43,224 nucleotides of DNA from Planctomycetota bacterium. GTDB taxonomy: Bacteria > Planctomycetota > GCA-002687715 > DRQF01. Both the position numbers and the translations under genes were made by a program. Below, in pieces: positions 18,568-27,729 of the stretch; position 1 is the stretch's first letter, and every line of letters begins with the position of its first letter. The stretch is from contig JAZGFI010000293.1 in the NCBI GenBank assembly GCA_036479435.1, forward strand, positions 1-43,224. The letters run 5' to 3'. The notes under the pieces are model-generated. The model was not told the origin of the DNA. It searched no databases and saw only the letters and a program-made list of their open reading frames with translations.

Positions 18568-19193
18568 AGGCCCGGGATCCCGCTCGAGGTGCGGCGCGAC
18601 CGGATCCATGTACCGTCCGGCAGCGTCTGCGGGCTGCGCTGCTGGGCGTCCAGCCGCTGCGCGTCATCGCGGAACCTCGCGAGGTCCTTGCGGGCTTCCT
18701 TGGTCATCGCCGTCGCTTCTGAAAGCTTGGGACCGATCACGATTGCCAGCTCATGCGCGAAAAGCGCCGCAAAGAGCGATGAAAAGAGCGCCGGGCTTTC
18801 CACCTCACGCGTATAACGGATAAAGATCGGGGACGCGAAAGGCGTGACGATAGTCGTGCCTTCGATCCGCCAATCGTCACCGGGCAGGAATTCCCGGTCA
18901 CGGAAGTCAATTTCATCCTCGGCCACTTCACGCAAGGCCAGAAGATCCACCGGCAGGGTATAGGCAAAATCAAACCCGAAAACGGGTGCGGTGGCGGAAG
19001 CCGCAAGCTCCTTGCGCTTGCTCGCAAAGCTCCAGTCATACCGCTCGAGAATGAGGTTGCGGGTGGAAAAATAAAACCGCGCGACAACACGGGCCGAAGC
19101 GTTTTCATCATCAAGCCCGGCGATGATCTTCGCCGCGACCAGGTCAAGCGCCTGGTTGGCGATCGTGACATCCGTCCGAACTTCCTTCGTCAT
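18564..19193 (-). CDS. Tail tubular protein A (adaptor)
   Basis: IANQAL...R..ILERYDWSFA.KR..LA...F.FAY.LP.D. Confidence 0.88.
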   Translation of the reverse strand: MTKEVRTDVTIANQALDLVAAKIIAGLDDENASARVVARFYFSTRNLILERYDWSFASKRKELAASATAPVFGFDFAYTLPVDLLALREVAEDEIDFRDREFLPGDDWRIEGTTIVTPFASPIFIRYTREVESPALFSSLFAALFAHELAIVIGPKLSEATAMTKEARKDLARFRDDAQRLDAQQRSPQTLPDGTWIRSRRTSSGIPGL

Positions 19194-19210
19194 CGCCGGC
19201 CGCCTTGAAC

Positions 19211-19405
19211 TTAGGTATTAGTAGGGGGGAAGGTTTCTTCCGAAAGCCTGTTTTTGACTTCCTGCAGCATGCGGATGTATTCACCCTTGGTCGTGCCATC
19301 CTTGATGGTCACCTGCAGATCGATCCCGGCACCCGGGTCGGATTGTGTGGTAATGGCCACATCCTTTTTGGACTGACCGACTTCGATTGCGAGACGTTTA
19401 CCCAT
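19211..19405 (-). CDS. Hypothetical protein
   Basis: ORF in the head-tail operon. Confidence 0.6.
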   Translation of the reverse strand: MGKRLAIEVGQSKKDVAITTQSDPGAGIDLQVTIKDGTTKGEYIRMLQEVKNRLSEETFPPTNT

Positions 19406-19486
19406 GGAACTGTTCCAATCTATTGGGGAAGAAAGGGGCCGGGACGCGGGCGCTCAAACCAACGCCCCGGCGTGTCGCCGCGCGTA

Positions 19487-19969
19487 TTACCGCTCTGCGA
19501 ACAGGATTTCCCAGGCCAGCGTCACGGCTGCCGGATTGGCGCCTGCCAACGTCGCCACGACATTAATCATGCCGCCGGGGTCCTCGGTAAAGCCGGTCAT
19601 GTGATCCCAGACGGGAAGGCTCTTGTTTTCAATCACCACCGCCTTCATGGCGTTCACGGTGCCGGCGCTGCTCACATCTTCAGCCGAAACAAGCGCCGCG
19701 GCTTCCGTCGTGGTGACACCACCGACCGTTTTTTCAAGGCCGAGATCCAGCGTCACAAGGGCGCCAAAGGCATCGAAAAACACCTGGCCAAGCGAATTCA
19801 GGACCGCATTACTCGGCACCTGGCCGATGATGATACGATCATCCTCCGCGAGGTCCTCTTCGGCAAAGCCGGAAATGGAATTCAGCCGGCCGGCCAAATT
19901 CTGGACGTCCTTGACCTGTGCCGTGAAAAGGCTGGGGTCCCGGGCTGTTGAACCAAAAAAATCTGCCAT
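19487..19969 (-). CDS. Capsid cement/decoration-like protein
   Basis: Directly after the capsid gene; GAGG RBS; beta-rich. Confidence 0.6.
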   Translation of the reverse strand: MADFFGSTARDPSLFTAQVKDVQNLAGRLNSISGFAEEDLAEDDRIIIGQVPSNAVLNSLGQVFFDAFGALVTLDLGLEKTVGGVTTTEAAALVSAEDVSSAGTVNAMKAVVIENKSLPVWDHMTGFTEDPGGMINVVATLAGANPAAVTLAWEILFAER

Positions 19970-19989
19970 TGTATGTTCCTCAGTATCTT

Positions 19990-20020
19990 AAAAAGGGGCG
20001 TCCGGGGCCGAAGCCCCGGG
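19990..20020 (-). terminator. Hairpin after the capsid gene
   Basis: CCGGGGC-TTCG-GCCCCGG on the minus strand, followed after a few nt by TTTTT. Confidence 0.55.
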
Positions 20021-20031
20021 CATGATCATTG

Positions 20032-20937
20032 CTATGCGGTGACGTTCAAAACCTGGACGACGCCGGTTTCCTGGGTCCGGGTGGCACCGAACTCGCGCTC
20101 GTGATAGAGCTGCAGACGGAACCGTTTGCCCGGGCTTTCGGAGGCTTTGTCCTTGGCCTTGCCGGACCATTCGCCGAGCGCCATCGAGGATTTGATCCAT
20201 GCCGGCGTCAGGGTATTGGCGCCGGACGTTTGCGATCGCGTCGTCTGGATGAATTTGAACCCGAGGAAGCCGGTCAGGACCCCTTCCTCAAGCCGCGCCG
20301 TTTTCGAAAACTCGGCACTGGTAAAGCGCTGATCGTTCAGAAGTTGGGTGCGCATCTTTGGCGAGATCGCAATAAACTTCTCTTCCATATCCAGATCGAT
20401 ATCGGCGTTCCCGAAAATTTCGTCGATTGCCAGCAACTTCTCGACATTCATGCCGGTGTCCGCCGTCGCCCCCACATCCGCAGCCACCTGTTGCGTCGCG
20501 GTCGGGAAGACGACATTCGTGCGGGCTTCCTTGTCGCCGGTGATGGCGCTCGCGAAAAAGGCGCCGATGATCTCGTCATCCATGTCGCGGCCAAAGGCCT
20601 TGCGCACAGCCTCCACAAGCGGACCGGAACTGTCGCCCATTTTGCGGATCTCGTCATCATCCTCGATAAGATCGCCCCAGTCGAACATGTTGGGCTGGAC
20701 CCAGCGCGACTTGCGCGGGGTATCGTTCTGCGGCGTATCCAGCCCCCGGCCACGCCGGTTCTTGTTGGTGCTGGTGGCGCCGTATTGCTTTTTCACCCGC
20801 ACCAGCTCGCCGATAAGCCCGGTCTCAAGCATGACGGATCCGGCAAAGAGTGACCGGTCCTGCTGGTGAAGGTGTTCGACGCTGTCGAGATACAGATCGA
20901 TATAATGATTGCGTTGGTCGTCTGTTAAGGAAGCCAT
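20032..20937 (-). CDS. Major capsid protein (BPP-1 Bbp17-like)
   Basis: HLHQQDRS, DTP...RW, WGDLIE..D..K, AFGR.MDDEII.A, GATR.QE.GVVQ; follows the scaffold. Confidence 0.9.
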   Translation of the reverse strand: MASLTDDQRNHYIDLYLDSVEHLHQQDRSLFAGSVMLETGLIGELVRVKKQYGATSTNKNRRGRGLDTPQNDTPRKSRWVQPNMFDWGDLIEDDDEIRKMGDSSGPLVEAVRKAFGRDMDDEIIGAFFASAITGDKEARTNVVFPTATQQVAADVGATADTGMNVEKLLAIDEIFGNADIDLDMEEKFIAISPKMRTQLLNDQRFTSAEFSKTARLEEGVLTGFLGFKFIQTTRSQTSGANTLTPAWIKSSMALGEWSGKAKDKASESPGKRFRLQLYHEREFGATRTQETGVVQVLNVTA

Positions 20938-21161
20938 CTGCCCCTCCAAAAATTACCGTTTATGGTGATTTCGGAAGGGGTGCCCGCATCTGGCTCACCG
21001 CTATTGCGGCGGCACGGGCCCGTCCTTGCCCTTACGTGGGCCAGGCGCCGGTCTTACCCGGCGTAGCGGGCCGCCAATCGAACCCTGGCGGGTACCCGCA
21101 TTCGGGGTGGCCGGCGAGAAACCGACACACCCCGCCTACCAGATGTCTTTTGTCGTGTCAA
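20938..21161 (-). ncRNA. Candidate promoter and structured 5' leader of the capsid gene
   Basis: TTGACA at 21161-21156, then several GC hairpins; the last one pairs with the RBS. Confidence 0.5.
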
Positions 21162-21164
21162 GAC

Positions 21165-22145
21165 CTATGCGGCATTTTTAATTCTGACGAGACGAGTGCG
21201 TTTTTCTTCGAATTCCTTGTGACGTGGATCGGACGCATCCGCGAGGGCCTTTTTCGCCACCGGATCGTCGTGCAGAGCCTTCAATTCAGCGGCGGCACCC
21301 GCGGGTGTCTTGCCAAGGCCCATGTGCACCGCACCGTCCTTGCGCTGGTCCTCGGTCATCATGGATCCGATCTTATGGAACATCTTGACCATCTCGGCAT
21401 CGTCACCCATGGCCTTGTTAAGACCGGCGATCAGGCTCTCCTGTTCCTTGGGGTCAAAGAGCGCATAAAGCGCCTCCTTGCCGATACGGATATTCTTGTC
21501 GGTTTCGGCGCCCCATGAGGTCTTCAGCGTTTCGAGCATCTTGTCGTGGACCGCCTTCTGATCCACAAGCGTCGCCTCGGTTTCCGCTGCGGCCGCCTTT
21601 TCGACAAATTCGGTGGCACCCTGCCAAAGCGCCGCCATCTGACGCTGCGGAATACCGTTCTTAACGCCGACATCCAGCATCGCGTCCATGAACTTTTCGT
21701 CGGGGGCGCTGTCCGTGCCGGCGATGTCCTCGCGTTTGTATCCGCCCACCTCGGTCGGCGCGCCGAAATTCTTCTGCCAGTATTCCGTACTGGCAAGGTC
21801 TTCCTCGGTGGGGCGCGTCATCAGTGTCTCCGGATCCGCACTGAGACGGATTTCCGCATTGCGGTTTGCCGCCACCAGCCGATGCACAATATCCTCCGGC
21901 TTCATATCCTCCTTGTAATGCCCTTTCTTGCCGATCCAGTCTTTCTCGTCGTCGGACATCAGGCTCAAAAGGCTTGACACCTCGAATTCGGCAGGCGCGG
22001 CGGCGGGCGCGGGGGCGGGTGCGGGTGCCGGATCCGCAGCGGGTGCGGGGGCTGGATCAGCCGCGGGGGCCGGATCGCCGGTCAAAAGTGCGGCGGCGGG
22101 CGAAGGGGCGGGGCTCGGGTCGGGTGCGGGGATTGGATCTGGCAT
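21165..22145 (-). CDS. Capsid scaffolding protein
   Basis: Pro/Ala-rich N-terminus, LKTSWG, KMFHKIG..M.ED, C-terminal DPRHKE; lies between portal and capsid. Confidence 0.8.
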   Translation of the reverse strand: MPDPIPAPDPSPAPSPAAALLTGDPAPAADPAPAPAADPAPAPAPAPAAAPAEFEVSSLLSLMSDDEKDWIGKKGHYKEDMKPEDIVHRLVAANRNAEIRLSADPETLMTRPTEEDLASTEYWQKNFGAPTEVGGYKREDIAGTDSAPDEKFMDAMLDVGVKNGIPQRQMAALWQGATEFVEKAAAAETEATLVDQKAVHDKMLETLKTSWGAETDKNIRIGKEALYALFDPKEQESLIAGLNKAMGDDAEMVKMFHKIGSMMTEDQRKDGAVHMGLGKTPAGAAAELKALHDDPVAKKALADASDPRHKEFEEKRTRLVRIKNAA

Positions 22146-22147
22146 AG

Positions 22148-22462
22148 TCAGTTTTCCTTATCTTCGGGGGTTAAAGGGTCACTCAAATCAGTTGCCGGGT
22201 CGCTTAAAAGCGCCAGTACCTGCACTTCATCGACGCCGGCCATCATCAGCATGTGGCGCAACACCGCCTGGCCACCGAGGATATAGGCTGTCTCCAGACT
22301 GTCCCCGGGCGTGTAGGCCCCGCGGTGAAACTGCGTCACATTCGCCAGGTCCCGGATCACATCCGGGAACTTGCTGACGACGGTGTCATAGTCCGCGATC
22401 AGCTGACGCTCACGGCCGGACCAGCAGCGCTTCAACCAGCGCGCAACGGCATCTTCGTTCAT
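22148..22462 (-). CDS. Bbp19-like protein
   Basis: VIRDLA...ETAYILGGQAVLRHM; position after the portal. Confidence 0.65.
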   Translation of the reverse strand: MNEDAVARWLKRCWSGRERQLIADYDTVVSKFPDVIRDLANVTQFHRGAYTPGDSLETAYILGGQAVLRHMLMMAGVDEVQVLALLSDPATDLSDPLTPEDKEN

Positions 22463-22574
22463 GGCAGGTAACTCCGGTGGGTGCAGCCGCAGTCAACGCA
22501 TTCAAAAACAACAAACGGCCCGCGCGTCACCTTGAACCCACGGCTCACAATCATCCACCAATGTTTGCAACGGC

Positions 22575-24200
22575 TCATGCCGCCGCCTGCCCTGTGTTAA
22601 AGGCCGCGGCGCCCTTCTGTGCCGTGTCCGCGACGGAATTCGCCGCCGCTAGAGCCGCCGCCTGGCGGTCCTGTTCCGCTCGCGTTTCGCGGATTTCTTC
22701 CACTTCGCGGGCATCGCGCCGGACGGTCGGATTGGGATTAAAGGCTTCGCTCAGGACCTGGGCCGCCGCGTCGCCGTCCAGATTGTCAACCGCATCCGGC
22801 ACCACGGTTGCAAGCTCGCCGATCGCACGGGCATAGCGCATGGTGTTGGCCCCGTCGCGGGCCTTCTGCGCTGTTTCCATCGGGCCCTGATACCGAATAT
22901 CGAGGGTCATACCCTCAAGCTCCGGTGGCGGCAGCGGCAAGGCGTTCATCCGGTGCAGCATATTAAAGCGCCGGGTGATAAAGGGCGACAAAAACTCGTC
23001 CTGGCTGCGGCCGATCATCGGGCTCATAAGGCGCAGCTTTTCCTCGTCGATCGTCAGGAATTCCTGTTCACTGATGCCGGTGCGATTGCTCAGACTGGTC
23101 AGGAAAAAGAAAGCGGCGTTTTTAACGGCGTCACGGGTCTGCGCGATCAGCTCGATATTAATCGGCGTATTGCCGCTGAGGTTCAGCGCCTGCACCAGCG
23201 GCTTGCCGGCCCGGTTCATGCCGCCGTAATTGATGAAACCGGGCGACAAGCGCACCGGATCCTGGATAACCGTCTGATCCGCCGCAATCAAGGTCGGCTC
23301 CGCCGCCAATTGGCCGGACTTCAGCAGGCTCGCGTTTTGTGCCTGCAGCATCAGGGCATCCGCCAGCATCTTATGGCCGATACCGCGTCCGTATTTTTCA
23401 TTCGCCACCAGGTCCCAGCGGGGGGCAAAGCCCGGGCTTTCATCATAGCCGCGGCGCGAAAGCTCCGTCGCGTCCTGCTTCAGAATATAAATCGACTGCA
23501 TCGCCTTGCCGGTGAGGCCGAACTTGCCACGCTCAAATTCCTCGTTTGGCAGCACCGCATGCACGACACGCATCTCATCATTATTGCGCGCCGGATCCTC
23601 GAGGGCCTTGCGAAAGGCTGGCTTGAAAGGGGCATCCGGGAACTTTTGCCCGATCTGCCGCACCGTCATCTTCATCTCACGGTATCGGGTATCGACCTTG
23701 CCGAGCGCATTCGTGCGCAAGTACATTTCACCGATCGGGTCCACCACATCAATAAAATTATCCGTGCCCGGCTGGCGTTCCGACCAGAAGTATCCGGTGC
23801 CGAAGGCCGGGTAGTCCACCCACATGATCGGCATCTGGCTATAGAAGGCGGAATGCGCGGGGCGCAGGCTTTGATGCATGATCTCACCCACGTTAAAAAG
23901 CCATTCCGATACCGGACGGAAGGCATTGAGATCCGGATCCGGCGCAGCCAAACGGAACCAGCGGGACGCCGGATTGGTCAGATTGGAATACAGATCCGCA
24001 CCAAGACGGTCCATCGAACGTTCGGGTTCACCGTCAAAAATTTTACGGCGGCGGTCCTCGCCCTTGGTTTTCTCCTCGCGAATGCCCTGACGCAAGGGCC
24101 GGATCACATCGCCGATCGCGCGCCATTGCTCCTCATAGACCGCGCGTTCCTTGACGGCTGTATTAAAACCGGCGAAAATATCTTTTATGTTCATCGCCAT
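22575..24200 (-). CDS. Portal (head-tail connector)
   Basis: LTNPASRWFRL, FGTG, PRW...EKYGRG, EEKLRLMSP..GR.Q.EFL.P. Confidence 0.93.
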   Translation of the reverse strand: MAMNIKDIFAGFNTAVKERAVYEEQWRAIGDVIRPLRQGIREEKTKGEDRRRKIFDGEPERSMDRLGADLYSNLTNPASRWFRLAAPDPDLNAFRPVSEWLFNVGEIMHQSLRPAHSAFYSQMPIMWVDYPAFGTGYFWSERQPGTDNFIDVVDPIGEMYLRTNALGKVDTRYREMKMTVRQIGQKFPDAPFKPAFRKALEDPARNNDEMRVVHAVLPNEEFERGKFGLTGKAMQSIYILKQDATELSRRGYDESPGFAPRWDLVANEKYGRGIGHKMLADALMLQAQNASLLKSGQLAAEPTLIAADQTVIQDPVRLSPGFINYGGMNRAGKPLVQALNLSGNTPINIELIAQTRDAVKNAAFFFLTSLSNRTGISEQEFLTIDEEKLRLMSPMIGRSQDEFLSPFITRRFNMLHRMNALPLPPPELEGMTLDIRYQGPMETAQKARDGANTMRYARAIGELATVVPDAVDNLDGDAAAQVLSEAFNPNPTVRRDAREVEEIRETRAEQDRQAAALAAANSVADTAQKGAAAFNTGQAAA

Positions 24201-24202
24201 AA

Positions 24203-24469
24203 CTATTCTCCAAACAGGCGTTTCATGCCGGCGCCGGGTCCGGCGGGTGCGGTGGCGGGTGCGCCGAGCGTCTGCGCCGGTCCACCCGTCAGAATGGTGG
24301 ACGAAAACCCACGGCGCCGCAGGGCGCGGCGGCGCTCCTCCTCCTCGGCGCGCAAGGCGCTTTCATCCACAGGGGTTTGCACGCTGGCGCCCGTGCCACG
24401 CGGTTGAGGGCTTCCCAATCCCGGTATCAGCCCAAAGGTCGATAAATTTGCAAGTTGCCGCACACACAT
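24203..24469 (-). CDS. Small virion-associated protein
   Basis: MC start; RRRGFSSTILTG and K.LFGE end, typical of the gene before the portal in this group. Confidence 0.7.
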   Translation of the reverse strand: MCVRQLANLSTFGLIPGLGSPQPRGTGASVQTPVDESALRAEEEERRRALRRRGFSSTILTGGPAQTLGAPATAPAGPGAGMKRLFGE

Positions 24470-24472
24470 ATC

Positions 24473-24991
24473 TCAGCCCTCCTCGGTTCTGGCATACTGG
24501 ATGAAGGTCTCCCCCCCCTTGCCATAGAGGGGAAGCTCGGTTTCCGCATGAAATCCCATGGCCTCGATAAGCCGGCGGGATTGACGGTAATCCTTGGCCG
24601 TCGTCGCCTCGACGCGGCGCAGCCCAAAATCAATGCAGCTCTTGACCACATTCGCCCGGAAGTGCCGGATCATCGGCCTGATGATCGCGCCGACCGCATC
24701 GGTCGTGAACATCATTGTGGACGCAAGTCTGGTGTGCTGCTGTATGATCGCCAGGTAAGCGATCGGCTTTTCCGGCTCCACGCTGTAAATATTTTCAATG
24801 AAAGCATGCGGCGCCAGGCGCTCCAGATAATCCGCGAACTCCGAACGCTCAGTGAACGGCAGAACCGCCTGAAACTTCGCCCAATCCTCATCCCGCATGT
24901 GCGCAGCGAGATAGGCGTAACGCTCAACATTTCCAGACGATACTATCATAAACTTGGCCTTTCGATCTCTCTTCCCAAAAGCATCCATCAT
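24473..24991 (-). CDS. GNAT-fold protein (T7 gp13-like)
   Basis: MR.ED, RRVEA, SRRLIE.MGF.AE..L..YGKGGETFIQYA. Confidence 0.65.
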   Translation of the reverse strand: MMDAFGKRDRKAKFMIVSSGNVERYAYLAAHMRDEDWAKFQAVLPFTERSEFADYLERLAPHAFIENIYSVEPEKPIAYLAIIQQHTRLASTMMFTTDAVGAIIRPMIRHFRANVVKSCIDFGLRRVEATTAKDYRQSRRLIEAMGFHAETELPLYGKGGETFIQYARTEEG

Positions 24992-26511
24992 GCTGCAAAG
25001 CCGCCAAGCGGATCATCACTCCAGGTATCACGGCCCTTCTCACGATCCATCCGCTGCCGCTGTTCCACCCGCCGCTTGAACCCCCGGTCCTCACGGCCTC
25101 TGAGAGCGTTCTCGCCGAGCACTTCCATCACACCATATTGCAACCCGTCATGCGGATGACTGAAGGGGCTGTCCTTATCCGGCTTGTCGGCATAGCGCTC
25201 AACACCGGATATCTGCTTGCGCTTGAGGCAGTAGCCCGAGTTGAACCCCTTCCTGAGGACCTTGCATCTCGGGTCCATGATCAGCCCGGGCTTGCCACCG
25301 GCGACATTGCGGAGGAGCGCTGTCTCGACAGCCTGAATACGGGTGTCGATATCATTGGTGAAGGCCGGCTGTATATCGAGCCCCGTCAGCGCCATCATGA
25401 TATCGACCCAGGTTTCCTCGCCGGCATCATTGCCAAAACACGCGCTCGGATCGGCAACGGCGTCAATATCGGCGCCGGGGGCAAGCTCCGCAAGCCAGGA
25501 CACAACCTCGGGCGCGAACAGCGTCGCACCCATGTTTTCGCAGACCAGCTCACCAAGGATCCGCACCTCATTGTCGGGTCCAAGCTCGAGAAGGATCGCC
25601 GCCGGCGTGCGCCCGGCATCGAAGGCGACAACCAGGCGGCGGCCGATCGGCGTCAGCGGCACATGGCTCACATGACGGGTATCGTCATAGCTTTTTTCAT
25701 AGACCGGGAGACCATCACGGCTGTATCCATACTGGTTATGGATCATACGGCGGATGAGCCAGTCCTGGCCCTTCATATCCTCCAGCATGCGCTCATAATG
25801 CGCACGGCCGCCACGCAGGTTCATGAGATTTTCAGCGCCCGCATCCAGTCCGCCGGGCTGGCGGAAAAAGCCCAGACTTTCCGGTTTGGTTTCTTCCGTC
25901 AGTGTGTAGACGTAATTTTCCGTGTCCGGCGCGTTATAGTCCATCAGGATGCCCGTCCAGTCCGGGCCGCCATGCATGTTTCCGGGATAACGATTGAGGC
26001 GCGTCAGCGCGTAAGGAAAGACGAGCGGTGAAACCAAATCCGCCTCATTCAGCCAAAAACATGTTGGCTCGATCCCGCGGCACACATCCTCGACCTTCTT
26101 GTCACCGATCGCCCGAAAAAGTATTTCGAACTTGACGGGCTTGACCGCGCCGGTTTGAAGATCCTTAACATCGAAATTAAGAGCATGCTTTCCGGGCTCG
26201 CCGTGCTTTCCGCCGGTCATCTTCCCCACATTAGCCGGCACGATTTCATGCCAGGTCGGGATCGTCGTGTCCTCAAGTTCCTTGTACACATTCCGGACAC
26301 ACAAACACCGGAAGCGGGCAATACCGTCAATCGGGCTCGGGCGCTGGGCCGCGGCAAAGTTCAACAACTTCACGCACGTCGTCCATGTCTTGCCACCAGC
26401 AACCGGCCCCATAATGGCGACGATGCGTTTCTGGCTCTTGAGATAAGCCTCGGCAACCGGGCCAGGCGGCAGAAAGTTAAACCAACGCTCAAGAGAACCT
26501 GCCGTACTCAT
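24988..26511 (-). CDS. terL: Terminase large subunit
   Basis: Walker A GPVAGGKT, Walker B FWLNEA, DYNAP, nuclease DAGRTPA, DPS, SHPHDGLQY. Confidence 0.93.
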   Translation of the reverse strand: MSTAGSLERWFNFLPPGPVAEAYLKSQKRIVAIMGPVAGGKTWTTCVKLLNFAAAQRPSPIDGIARFRCLCVRNVYKELEDTTIPTWHEIVPANVGKMTGGKHGEPGKHALNFDVKDLQTGAVKPVKFEILFRAIGDKKVEDVCRGIEPTCFWLNEADLVSPLVFPYALTRLNRYPGNMHGGPDWTGILMDYNAPDTENYVYTLTEETKPESLGFFRQPGGLDAGAENLMNLRGGRAHYERMLEDMKGQDWLIRRMIHNQYGYSRDGLPVYEKSYDDTRHVSHVPLTPIGRRLVVAFDAGRTPAAILLELGPDNEVRILGELVCENMGATLFAPEVVSWLAELAPGADIDAVADPSACFGNDAGEETWVDIMMALTGLDIQPAFTNDIDTRIQAVETALLRNVAGGKPGLIMDPRCKVLRKGFNSGYCLKRKQISGVERYADKPDKDSPFSHPHDGLQYGVMEVLGENALRGREDRGFKRRVEQRQRMDREKGRDTWSDDPLGGFAA

Positions 26512-26645
26512 GACATCCACTCCCAGAAAATGACCGAGAGCACGGCCGTCACTAGAACGCCGCCCTCCGGGCTTGCCACAGCCGCGGCGTATGACAGACC
26601 AACGGCCATCAGGAACAAAAAGAAGCGGCCAAGGAATTCAAACAT
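26508..26645 (-). CDS. Small 2-TM membrane protein, 45 aa (not in ORF track)
   Basis: MFEFLGRFFLFLMAVGLSYAAAVASPEGGVLVTAVLSVIFWEWMS; GGAG RBS; ATGA-coupled to terL. Confidence 0.55.
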   Translation of the reverse strand: MFEFLGRFFLFLMAVGLSYAAAVASPEGGVLVTAVLSVIFWEWMS

Positions 26646-26689
26646 GGCGCTCCACTCCCCCTAACCCCCATTGTGACCATTGAGTTTTC

Positions 26690-26957
26690 GGCCACATTTT
26701 TTCAAATCCGGACAAAATCTCCTGTGTCACCCCCCTCAGAGAAGATCGACGCGAGGCCCCCCCCCTCTTTTTTTGGGTCGCGGCGGTCGGCGGCAAGAAC
26801 CACCCAATGGTGCGGAAGGACCGCGCCTCAGGCCGGGCCGCCGTTTTTGCAATCCGGGGGCTCGCACGCAATAGTTGTGCAGTATCAAGGGCTTGGCTCA
26901 AACTGTCCAACTCCAACTGTCCAACTATCATTGATGCAAAACCGTAAGTCATTGTTT
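26690..26957. promoter_or_regulatory. terS-terL intergenic locus: candidate packaging site with IHF sites and AACTGTCCAACT repeats
   Basis: C and T homopolymer runs; TATCAAGGGCTTG (26883-26895) matches the IHF consensus; 12-mer at 26901 and 26915; reverse IHF-like site 26945-26957. Confidence 0.5.
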
Positions 26958-27611
26958 TGGCTCACCTTTTTTTGTGGGCTTGCGCTTGGCCTGGGCCTTC
27001 GCCTTGGGCTTCGCCTTCTTGCGGGCTGGAGCCTTCGCCGGGGGCTTGGCCTGGGCCTGGGGTGCGGGCTCCGGATCCGGTACCACGGGCAGCGCCACGT
27101 CGTCCTCGTCGACCAGGTCACCCTCAAGGATGGTGATCGCCTGACGGGCCTCGTCCGTCGTGAGATTGGCGCCCGTGTTGATCATCAGCACGAAGTCAGC
27201 GCCCTCGACCTGCAGGGTCTGGGGCTGGCGGCTGTGGATGTACGGCAGCAGCACGCCCGCCGCAGTGATCTGGCGAGCGAGCGCTTCAGCCGTCTTGCAC
27301 CCGATCTCTTTGGCCAGCACCTCAACGGGCCGGCTGATGGTCTGGGCCAGGAACTCCAGCGGGTCGGCATAACGAGCGCGCAGATATTTCACCATGTCGT
27401 CAGTCGTCTTGTTCCGCGCGCCCTTGGGCCGGCCAGGCCCGCGCGTCAGGCTTACGAGCTTCCCGTTGCCATCGATCTTAACGCTCATATCGCCCAGCTC
27501 GGCAAGCGGCAAGGTCGCCTGCACGGGTGCCGCCTCGTCATTCGCCGCGCCGCACGCACGCTCCTCGTGCACGATCGCCACAGCCGCACCAAGGCCCAAT
27601 TTCTTAGCCAT
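26949..27611 (-). CDS. terS: Terminase small subunit (putative)
   Basis: GPGRPKGARNK, DPLEFLA, AAGVLLPYIHSRQP; Lys/Ala/Pro-rich tail; upstream of terL. Confidence 0.75.
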   Translation of the reverse strand: MAKKLGLGAAVAIVHEERACGAANDEAAPVQATLPLAELGDMSVKIDGNGKLVSLTRGPGRPKGARNKTTDDMVKYLRARYADPLEFLAQTISRPVEVLAKEIGCKTAEALARQITAAGVLLPYIHSRQPQTLQVEGADFVLMINTGANLTTDEARQAITILEGDLVDEDDVALPVVPDPEPAPQAQAKPPAKAPARKKAKPKAKAQAKRKPTKKGEPKQ

Positions 27612-27667
27612 GCGCACCTGCCCGGGATAAACACCCCATTAAATATTGCTCGTGCTCGCATAACCCC

Positions 27668-27696
27668 TTGACATGGTGAAGTGACTTCACTATATA
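27668..27696 (+). promoter_or_regulatory. Sigma70 promoter of ardC with palindromic operator in the spacer
   Basis: TTGACA-N17-TATATA; GTGAAGT-G-ACTTCAC at 27676-27690. Confidence 0.75.
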
Positions 27697-27729
27697 CAAG
27701 ACATCACAACCACACAAAAGGACCATGAC

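Noticed and set aside
21995..22140. GC-rich tandem repeats
   Set aside because: They encode the ordinary Pro/Ala linker of the scaffold protein
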